Assembly: GCA_965238275.1 (NCBI GenBank)
Contig: OZ250186.1
Coordinates: forward strand, 288,001-352,000
Length of the DNA stretch: 64,000 bases
From: Nitrosopumilus sp.
GTDB lineage: Archaea > Thermoproteota > Nitrososphaeria > Nitrososphaerales > Nitrosopumilaceae
Reading direction: 5' to 3'
In this document: piece after piece, positions 19,744-28,692 of the stretch
Layout of the letters: each line of letters opens with the position of its first letter
How positions within the stretch are numbered: the stretch's first letter is position 1
Made by a program: the position numbers and the translations under genes
Notes under the pieces: model-generated
Databases searched by the model: none
What the model was told of the DNA's origin: nothing
The model's input: the letters and a program-made list of their open reading frames with translations, nothing else

Positions 19744-21184
19744 TAGTATTACGATTAAAGATCTGAAAAACCAAAGTCAGGTGAACCTGCCTTTTGGATG
19801 AACCTGTAGGCCAAACCCCGTTCTGGACGCATGGTGCGCCATGCAGGCGAACAAGACGGCGGGGGAAGCAGGCGTGGCTGCCGTCAGATCTGGAGTCTCC
19901 GATGGAATCATTCGGGCAAGGCCGTGATGCCTCAGGATGGGATGCCATAATGAACCGTCTGCTGCATCGAGCGTGTTATGTAGAAAGGGGGACTGTCAGG
20001 CCGTCAGGCGGGCGTTCCGGTGCGGAAACTGCATCCGGGCTCTCCCGAATCTTTATGGCATCCAGTATGTACTTGAACAGCTTTACTCTGGCCACCTCTC
20101 CGTCATTGAGCATCTTTCTGATTCTCTTCTCCAGCCTGTCAAACCCGCCAAAGAACGTGTCTGCAATCGCCCTCTTGATCTCCCTCCACTGTACCTCTAT
20201 GGGGTTGTGCTGCGGCGTGTGCGGGGGCAGGAACCACCTTACTACGGCACCATTTGCCTTCTCGATGAACTCGTCCATGTCCTTGCTCTTGTGTGTAGCC
20301 GCGTTGTCCATTATCACAAAGACCCTCCCGTACTTTTGCCTGATCTCCTCCAGGAGTGCGATTACGTTCTTTGTGCCCAGCTTTTCATGGAACTGCACGT
20401 CCAGAGTGTCCTCGCCAAGGGCACCGATGATCTTGATACTCTTCTTGGAATAGTTGATCTTGATTTCGTCGCATCCGCCCCTGCGCCGTATGCCGCGGCT
20501 GGATGCAGGCGAGTCGACCAGGGCTGCCGCATCCAGACACACCACCTTGTAGCGCTTCTGGACATACGTTTCTATCTCCCTCACGGTATTCTTTACGTAC
20601 TCTTCCTGCTCCTGCACGGTGGCCGAATTGTACGGCGCCGGTCTGGTCTTCCTGACTGAGAAGTTCAGTCTGGCCGTAAGCCTGAGGGCTCCGTCGGCAC
20701 TGTACCTGACGTTAAACGTATTCAGGATGTGGCAGGAGACGAGCTTGGCTGTCCAGTTGCCTCGTTGGAAGCCGCTCTCCTCGGGGCTCTTCTCCAAGGC
20801 CTCGTCCAGACTGCTCCTCTGCGGGTCGGACAGGCGGCACGGCCTGCCGGGGCTCTTGCGATCGTACCTCCTCCCCGTGTCGCCATCCAACCGCAGTAGC
20901 CAGCCGTGTATCGTACTCTGGCTTTCCGATGGCCTCGGATATCTCATTTAGAAACTTGCCCTTTTTCCTGTGACAAGCCGCCTGCAACATGATCTGGGCC
21001 TTGCAGTCCTTTTCCTTGGCCTGCATCGATTGGAGTTCCTCCTCACTGATGTCCTTGAGGAACTCCTCCCCACGTTTTACCACTTTTGCCGGCCTCACGG
21101 GGTTTCTTGTGGGATGATCGATCTGAACCTTTCGGTTTGCCGTGACTCATAATTGGGTTTTCCGGATCTTTAATCGTAATACTA
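19744..21184 (-). mobile_element. IS630-family element
   Basis: TIR tagtattacgattaaagatc at both ends, with TA. Confidence 0.88.
19976..21098 (-). pseudogene. IS630 transposase, frameshifted near 20920
   Basis: N-terminus in ORF 20712-21098, remainder in ORF 19976-20947 (DNAATH, LPPHTPQHNPIE). Confidence 0.82.
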
Positions 21185-21205
21185 TGCATGTGCAATGGTT
21201 GGTTT

Positions 21206-22384
21206 CTAGCAGGCAACGGCTGCACGATTTGGCGGTCCCGCGTGGTACTGCAAACGTGTTTTCACTTCCGGCGTGGCAACGGCTGCACAGTTCAGTGGAG
21301 GTTCCGGGGTCGGAAGGACTGCCGTCCTGGTCTCCCCAATGACGCCGCAGGCCTCTAGCATGTACCACAGCATCTTGATCCGGGGAATCTCTCCGCTCTC
21401 CACCAACAGCGTGATCCTTTCCTTCATCTCGTCGGATCTGCCAAAGAACGTGTTTGATATGGCCCTTTTAATCTCCCTCCACAGCATCTCGATGGGGTTG
21501 TGCTGCGGGGTACGCGGGGGAAGAAAGCACAGGGCCACCTTGCCTTTTTCGGACCGGACATAATCCCTCATGGCCCTGCCGGTGTGGGCGCCTGCGTTGT
21601 CAAGGATCACGAAGATCTTTTCGTGTTTTTCACGGAGCTTCTTGAAAAATGCAATTATGCCTTCCGCCTTCAGGTTTTCCGGATAGTCAAGCTCAACTGT
21701 GTCTTGGCTCATGGCTCCAATGACATGGACGCCCTTTTTGGAATAGTTGACACGGACTGTATCCCTCTCGCCCCTGAGCAGTATGCCGTATTTTGGGACC
21801 GGCGTGTTGATGATGCTGGCTGCATCAAAGCAAAACAGCTTGAAACCGTTCTTGTGGTGTGTTGTTATCTCCTTGACAGTATTTTTCACGTATTCCTCCA
21901 GATCTTCCTCCGTGGCCGTGTTGTACGGCACGGGCCTGCGCTTTCGGACTGAGAAGTTCATCCTGTCAGTCAGCCTGAGGACTCCGGAGATGCCGTACTT
22001 TATGCCAAACGCATTGCCGATGTGGGAGGCGACCATGCGGGCAGTCCACATGTCCGAGCAGAAGCCGCTCTTTTCAGGACTGTCACGAAGTATGCCCTCC
22101 AGGTGTATCCGGATGCGCTCTGACAGGCGGCACGGTCTGCCGGGACTCTTGCAGTCATGCCTGTACTCCAACCCTCCGACTGCCAGTCGCATCAGCCAGT
22201 CATATACCGTGCTCCTTGCATATCCGATGGCATCCAAGGACATTCCCCTCTTCCGGTGTATGGCTGCCTGTAGCCTCATCTTGGCCTTGTGGCAGGATTC
22301 CTTGCCTTGCATGACTTTAAGATCCTCCAGAGGGATATCTGGAAGGAATTCTGCTCCCCGCTTTATTCTTTTTTCACTAGGCAT
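21206..22384 (-). CDS. IS630-family transposase
   Basis: FCFDAA, LDNAGAH, LPPRTPQHNPIEMLW; 392 aa uninterrupted. Confidence 0.9.
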   Translation of the reverse strand: MPSEKRIKRGAEFLPDIPLEDLKVMQGKESCHKAKMRLQAAIHRKRGMSLDAIGYARSTVYDWLMRLAVGGLEYRHDCKSPGRPCRLSERIRIHLEGILRDSPEKSGFCSDMWTARMVASHIGNAFGIKYGISGVLRLTDRMNFSVRKRRPVPYNTATEEDLEEYVKNTVKEITTHHKNGFKLFCFDAASIINTPVPKYGILLRGERDTVRVNYSKKGVHVIGAMSQDTVELDYPENLKAEGIIAFFKKLREKHEKIFVILDNAGAHTGRAMRDYVRSEKGKVALCFLPPRTPQHNPIEMLWREIKRAISNTFFGRSDEMKERITLLVESGEIPRIKMLWYMLEACGVIGETRTAVLPTPEPPLNCAAVATPEVKTRLQYHAGPPNRAAVAC

Positions 22385-22479
22385 GGGGGTGGTGGATAGC
22401 TCATATGATCTTAATGTTTCGGTTTGCTCAAAAAATGATTAAAAATCCCGGGATTTTGTCCGAATCATTAATCAAAATA

Positions 22480-22788
22480 CTACGCGTCCATCTTCTCCAA
22501 GTTATTCGAGGTGTACAGCAGCACTGATGCCCCGTGCTTGCAGACCTTCCCGGCGTAAAGGCACGTGCAATCACAACTCGGGTGTTCCGGGTCATGGCGC
22601 ATTCCCACCTGATGGACGGTGCCGTCCAAAACGCGTCCCCTCAGGACGTTCTTGTCGAGTCTGGCCCGGATTACTCCGCCGTCGCGCAGCAATTTTTGTC
22701 CCGGCTTGAACGACTCGCCTGACACGTTTTTGATCCATTCGGTAGTTAGCACTTCCTTGACCTTTAGACCCGCATGATTCTTAATCAT
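22480..22788 (-). pseudogene. SWIM zinc-finger protein, C-terminally truncated at the IS630 end
   Basis: CTC...VCKHGASVLL; stop codon coincides with the IS terminal TA. Confidence 0.65.
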
Positions 22789-22818
22789 TCTGGAGTAATT
22801 CGGCCGTACCGAACGCGC

Positions 22819-24312
22819 TCAGGACGACACAGTGGCACCCTTACCGCTGCCAACAATCCGGCCCACCTCGTCTCCCAGACCCTCGATGCATGCGCTTATC
22901 CTGTTCTCCCTCTTTGTGAGATCCGTCCGGTACCGTTCTATTGCGGCAACGCGGTCTGATATCATCCTCTTCTGTTCGGCATACCCGGACGAGCCGTACG
23001 AGGTTCTGGCCTTCATGGAGGATGCGACAGTGGTGGAGGATGCTATTCTGGATACAACCTCTGCATCCACCCCTGTGCCCTCGACTGACCCCAGTATGTC
23101 TGCTGCATCAAGCCTCCGAATGGGCCTTTTGGACAGGTGCGCTGCCTGCACCAGGGAGCCTGCAATCTTGTGCGTGATGCGGAACGGGATCCCCTCCAGC
23201 ACCAGCCGCTCTGCTATGTCAAGGGCAATCAGGTTCCCGGATACGGCAGCCTTTCTCATCTGTTTTTCATTCACCCTCATGGTAAGTATCACGGACCGCA
23301 TTACCAGCAGCGCGCTGACTGACATCCTTGAGGCAGCCCAGACAGGCGCCTTTATCTGCTGCAGGTCGCGCCCGTAGCCGGAGGCCAGCCCCTTGAGGGC
23401 GGACAGGACGGCAGTCAGTCCCCCGATGGTGTGGGCAGTCTTGCCGCGGGTCAGCTCCAGTATGTCAGGGTTCTTCTTCTGCGGCATGACGCTTGAGGGG
23501 GACGTGAACTCGTCGGCAAGCTCGACGAATGAAAACTCTGATGTCGACCACACCACAAGGTCCTCTGCCATCCTGCTCAGGTTGGTCATCATAATGGATA
23601 TCATGGCGATGTATTCGGCCACAAAGTCGCGCGTTCCCGTGGCATCCAGGGAGTTCTCCACAAGCCCGTCAAAGCCCAGCATCCGAGCCGTGTCATGCCG
23701 GTCGATTGGAATGCTGGTCCCGCCTGCGGGTCCTGCGCCAAGCGGGCTTTGGTTGACCCTCTCAAACGTTCCGTAAAGCCTTTGAAAGTCCCTCAGCAGG
23801 GCGTCTGCGTGCGCCAGAAGATAGTGCGAGAAGAGTCCGGCCTGTGCCTGCTGGAGGTGCGTGTACAGCGGCATGACTGTCCTCTGGTGGATTCGGGCCA
23901 CCGATATCATGGCCTCTGCCGTATCCAAAAGACACCTGCAGACGGCATTGATATCATCGCGGATCTTCATCCGCATGTCCAGGGCCACCTGGTCGTTCCT
24001 GGAACGGGCAGTGTGCATCCTGCCGCCCGACTCCATCCCGGCCCTTTTAATCACCATGGACTCTATCATCTCGTGGACGTCCTCTGCTGCGCCTGATGTC
24101 GCAGCAGCCTCCCCCTCATTCCGGATATCCTCCAGTGCCGACAGTATCCTCTTCAGATCACGCATCTTCAGTATCCCTTTCCGGTAAAGCATCAGCACGT
24201 GCGCCTGGCTTCCAAGGATGTCATAGTGTATAATCTCAGAGTCGTCCTCAACAGACGAGACGTACCGTAGGGTAACGTCGTCCAGATCATTTCCAAGGCG
24301 GGAACGATACAT
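22819..24312 (-). CDS. argH: Argininosuccinate lyase
   Basis: HTARSRNDQ, YTHLQQAQ, SSVMPQKKNPD signature. Confidence 0.96.
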   Translation of the reverse strand: MYRSRLGNDLDDVTLRYVSSVEDDSEIIHYDILGSQAHVLMLYRKGILKMRDLKRILSALEDIRNEGEAAATSGAAEDVHEMIESMVIKRAGMESGGRMHTARSRNDQVALDMRMKIRDDINAVCRCLLDTAEAMISVARIHQRTVMPLYTHLQQAQAGLFSHYLLAHADALLRDFQRLYGTFERVNQSPLGAGPAGGTSIPIDRHDTARMLGFDGLVENSLDATGTRDFVAEYIAMISIMMTNLSRMAEDLVVWSTSEFSFVELADEFTSPSSVMPQKKNPDILELTRGKTAHTIGGLTAVLSALKGLASGYGRDLQQIKAPVWAASRMSVSALLVMRSVILTMRVNEKQMRKAAVSGNLIALDIAERLVLEGIPFRITHKIAGSLVQAAHLSKRPIRRLDAADILGSVEGTGVDAEVVSRIASSTTVASSMKARTSYGSSGYAEQKRMISDRVAAIERYRTDLTKRENRISACIEGLGDEVGRIVGSGKGATVSS

Positions 24313-24361
24313 CAACTATGGTTCTTGAATGGTTATATATAGCATCGACGCTTTTGCCGAC

Positions 24362-24676
24362 ATGAGCCAGGAGATCAAGCAGATGAGGGTAAGGATATTT
24401 GACGAGCTCTCCAAGATAGTGGACCCCGAGATAAACACGTCGATAGTGGATCTGGAACTGATAGACGAAGTCGACATCAAGGACAAGAACGTCAATGTCG
24501 ACTTGCACCTTACAAGCCCGTTCTGCCCTGCGGTGTTTGGTTTCAAGATATGCCAGGACATTCACGACAACCTCCTGAGGGTGGACGGCGTGGACGATGT
24601 CAAGGTAAACGTATCAAACCACTTCATGGCAGAGCAGATCAACAACCAGGTAAACAACAGTCCAAAGCCTGCGTAA
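24362..24676 (+). CDS. DUF59/FeS_assembly_P metal-sulfur cluster assembly factor
   Basis: IVDPEINTSIVDLELI...LTSPFCP. Confidence 0.9.
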   Translation: MSQEIKQMRVRIFDELSKIVDPEINTSIVDLELIDEVDIKDKNVNVDLHLTSPFCPAVFGFKICQDIHDNLLRVDGVDDVKVNVSNHFMAEQINNQVNNSPKPA

Positions 24677-24778
24677 CCATTGCATGCCCGCGTTGTGTGC
24701 AAGACAGCCAATACCGTCAAGTAAATGCAATCCCGTCTCCGGACACGCATTAATTCATGATTCATTCCAGGACGGAAT

Positions 24779-25546
<768 letters not shown>

Positions 25547-25547
25547 G

Positions 25548-25892
25548 CTATGCCATCCCCATGTTGGTCATAATAATTGTTCTAGAGCCGTACGCTATCA
25601 GGGCGAACATGGCTGCAAGGCACCCGTAGGATACTGCCTTCTCATAGACCCTCCCCTGCTTGAGTTCCAGCAGTATCACCCGCAGTCCGTTGAACCCGTG
25701 AACCGATAAAAGTATCAGGATCAGTTCAAGCAGTATCACGTACGGAACAAACCTGTAGTTGGCAAGGACCGTCTCATACTCGAGCGACTCTGCAAACCCC
25801 GTCGTAAGGCGCATCAGCACGTGGACTGCGACCAGGGCGACTGCGGCAAGGGCGGTCCCGTAGTGAATCTTCATTATGACGCTCTCTCTCAT
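25548..25892 (-). CDS. sdhD: Succinate dehydrogenase membrane anchor
   Basis: Three hydrophobic segments, HGFNGLRVIL; operon position. Confidence 0.85.
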   Translation of the reverse strand: MRESVIMKIHYGTALAAVALVAVHVLMRLTTGFAESLEYETVLANYRFVPYVILLELILILLSVHGFNGLRVILLELKQGRVYEKAVSYGCLAAMFALIAYGSRTIIMTNMGMA

Positions 25893-25898
25893 CTCATC

Positions 25899-26330
25899 TC
25901 ACTCACCAAACATTACTGCCAGCCCGTACATCATGGCTGCTGCGGCAAGGACTATTGCAGAGTATATCCCTATCTTGTGCCTGTAGTTCTGGGATGCAGG
26001 AGTGTACGGGTAGTCTGGGCGGGCCGGCTTGCCCACGCCTACGCCTCCGTGTCCGAGCATCACCCGGATTCCATTAACCGTATGAAACACGCACATCCCA
26101 ATCACGATTGCCAGCACTATGTGGCCCTCGGTGGTCTGGGTCATGGCAAGGACCTCGTCCCATCCCACCCTGCCGCGCAGTATGTTGCTTGTCTCGTAAA
26201 TGTGCGCAATAAAGTATACCAGGAGGCCCAGCCCGCTGAGCCGCATCAGCCAGTATGCCAGGCGCTCTATTCCGTAGCGGCCCGGATTGGCCATTCCCCC
26301 GATGCCCTCCTTGTGCTCATCCTGTGCCAT
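25899..26330 (-). CDS. sdhC: Succinate dehydrogenase cytochrome b subunit
   Basis: MRLSGLGLL...HI, FHTVNGIRV. Confidence 0.88.
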   Translation of the reverse strand: MAQDEHKEGIGGMANPGRYGIERLAYWLMRLSGLGLLVYFIAHIYETSNILRGRVGWDEVLAMTQTTEGHIVLAIVIGMCVFHTVNGIRVMLGHGGVGVGKPARPDYPYTPASQNYRHKIGIYSAIVLAAAAMMYGLAVMFGE

Positions 26331-28043
26331 CTAGTATCTTCTCTCCACGGGCTTGTATCTGGTGATTGTGACCGGGTACTTTTTCATTATGGGCGCCTCA
26401 GGATCATAGTAGGCAAGGGTATGGTGTAAAAAGCTTGCATCGTCACGCTGGGCATAGTCGATCCTTGCGTGCGCCCCGCGGGACTCCCTTCTGTTTATTG
26501 CGCCAATCAGCACGATCTCGGCCACCCTGAACATAGAGTCAAGCTCCATGACGTTTTCAAAGTTGGTGTTGTACTCCTTTGCCTTGTCATCCACATGTCT
26601 CCATGACTGCCCCCTCAGCTGGCGGATCCTTTTGAGCCCGTCTACAAGATCCCTCTCGTTCCTGTACACGTATGCCTTGTCATTCATGGTATCGGTCAGC
26701 TGCTGCCTTATCTCATACGGATTGTCATGGCCGCCGCCCCGGAATATTCCGTCGTAGATGCGCTTCTCCTCTGCTGCCACCAGGTGGTGCGGCCACGGGT
26801 CGGCGCCGGTCTGCTTCTGCGCATACTCTGCTGCCAGCTCCCCGGTAATCTTTCCCCACACTATACACTCGGATGTGGAGTTTGCCCCAAGCCGGTTTGA
26901 GCCGTGGACGCTGTTGCATGCAGCCTCGCCGGCGGCCCACACGCCCTGGATCTCCGTTGCCCCCTCGATGTCGGTGTGAATGCCGCCCATCATGTAATGG
27001 CAGACCGGCCGTACGTCAAGCAGATCCTGCGCCGGATCGATTCCGGAGAACTTGATGGAGATCTCCCGGATGCCGCCAAGCTTCTCCTTTATCTGCTCAT
27101 CCCCGATATGCCTAAGATCAAGCTTCATGCAGTCGACGCCGGTCTCGTGCTTGAACCCGCGTCCCTCCTGAATCTCAGTCATGATTGCACGCGAGACGAT
27201 GTCCCGCGGTGCCAGTTCCATCTTTTCTGCAGCGTACTTTTTCATGAACCGCTCGCCGCCTGAGTTGAGCAGGTGTCCGCCCTCCCCCCTTGCGCCCTCG
27301 GTAATCAGTATCCCGGAGGGCATTATCCCGGTGGGGTGAAACTGCACAAACTCCATGTCCTTGAGGGCCATTCCCGAGCGCAGTCCCATGTCCAGGCCGT
27401 CAGGCGTGGAGGAGAGGGCATAGGTCGAAAAACTGTACATCCTTCCGGCGCCGCCGGTTGCAATTATCATGGCCTTGGCCCTGATGGTATAGAATGTGCC
27501 AGACGCAAGCTCTATTGCAGTAATCCCCATAAACTTCCGCCCGTCGTGTATTATGGAGGTTGCAAACCATTCGTTAAGATACTCTATACTGTCAAACCTC
27601 TGGCACGTGTCATACAGCGTCTGCATCTCAAAAAAGCCCACCTTGTCTGATGCATATGTGGCCCGCGGAAAGCTGTACCCGCCAAAGTTTCGCTGGTCTA
27701 TCCTGCCGTCGTCCCTCCGAGACCACGGCATCCCCCAGTGGTCCATCTGGTAGATCTCCCCTGAGATCTCAGTGCAGAGCCTCTCTGCGACGTCCTGGTC
27801 TGCAAGAAAGTCGCTCCCCTTGACGGTGTCATATATGTGGGACTCGACAGTGTCCCCCTCGTCATCAAACAGGACGGCCGCGGTGCCTCCCTCTGCAGAG
27901 ACGGAGTGTGATCGCATAACCTGCAGCTTTGAGACTATTCCAATCCTGAGGTTTGGGGCCTTTTGAGCAGCCGCGATTGCCGCGCGCAGGCCGGCAAGTC
28001 CGGAGCCGCACACCAATAGATCAAAATCTATGGAATCCGCCAT
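26331..28043 (-). CDS. sdhA: Succinate dehydrogenase flavoprotein subunit
   Basis: GSGLAG, RSHSVSAEGG, QFHPT, HGSNRLGANS, ESRGAH. Confidence 0.97.
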   Translation of the reverse strand: MADSIDFDLLVCGSGLAGLRAAIAAAQKAPNLRIGIVSKLQVMRSHSVSAEGGTAAVLFDDEGDTVESHIYDTVKGSDFLADQDVAERLCTEISGEIYQMDHWGMPWSRRDDGRIDQRNFGGYSFPRATYASDKVGFFEMQTLYDTCQRFDSIEYLNEWFATSIIHDGRKFMGITAIELASGTFYTIRAKAMIIATGGAGRMYSFSTYALSSTPDGLDMGLRSGMALKDMEFVQFHPTGIMPSGILITEGARGEGGHLLNSGGERFMKKYAAEKMELAPRDIVSRAIMTEIQEGRGFKHETGVDCMKLDLRHIGDEQIKEKLGGIREISIKFSGIDPAQDLLDVRPVCHYMMGGIHTDIEGATEIQGVWAAGEAACNSVHGSNRLGANSTSECIVWGKITGELAAEYAQKQTGADPWPHHLVAAEEKRIYDGIFRGGGHDNPYEIRQQLTDTMNDKAYVYRNERDLVDGLKRIRQLRGQSWRHVDDKAKEYNTNFENVMELDSMFRVAEIVLIGAINRRESRGAHARIDYAQRDDASFLHHTLAYYDPEAPIMKKYPVTITRYKPVERRY

Positions 28044-28130
28044 TTTCTAAGACAGGCTTGTTTGGTACAGGATAAATATGTAATAACCTCCAGATGGGAA
28101 GATTAAAATATATCGCTACTGATATCGCTA

Positions 28131-28631
28131 GTGATGATTTCTGACTGGTTCCAGAGGGTGGGAAGTTCTGTTCCCAGGGGGTTCTCGCGATACTATGTCC
28201 TGGAACTGCTCAAGACAAAACCGCACACCGGAAAGGAGATAATCGACCATGCAGCAGAGCAGAGCAACGGGATGTGGAAGCCCTCGCCGGGGCTTGTCTA
28301 TCCGCTGCTAGGCAGGCTGCTTGAGGAGAAACTGATCGAGGAGACGCCCGACGGAAGATACCAGGTTACGGCAAGGGGCATGGAGACTGCAGGAGACATA
28401 GACAAGATAAACGAGACTGTCAGGAGGCAGCTGGACGTGCTGCTGAGGCTGGGAAACGTCGGAAGGTTTGTGGCAATGGATCTTCTCGAGAGGATATCAA
28501 TGATGGGTGCGGTTCTAAGCGCCAACATGGAAAGCATCACCGACGAGGAAAAGGAGAGGTACAGGGAATTCCTCAGGGACGAGCTTGACAAGATTGACGG
28601 CAAGGATGCAAAGGAGATCAAGGTAGAGTAG
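28131..28631 (+). CDS. PadR-family transcriptional regulator
   Basis: WKPSPGLVYPLLGRLLEE...YQVTARG. Confidence 0.9.
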   Translation: MMISDWFQRVGSSVPRGFSRYYVLELLKTKPHTGKEIIDHAAEQSNGMWKPSPGLVYPLLGRLLEEKLIEETPDGRYQVTARGMETAGDIDKINETVRRQLDVLLRLGNVGRFVAMDLLERISMMGAVLSANMESITDEEKERYREFLRDELDKIDGKDAKEIKVE

Positions 28632-28692
28632 ACGGTCCTTTTTTCATCAGACTGTCAACAATGTCATATACTGTGTTGCTCACCACATTCTG

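Larger units (their letters stand above)
17888..22482 (-). mobile_element. IS630-family element carrying two nested insertions (IS66 and IS630)
   Basis: tagtaatttgattaatgattcggacaa (17888) is inverted to ttgtccgaatcattaatcaaaatacta (22482); TA at both ends. Confidence 0.82.
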
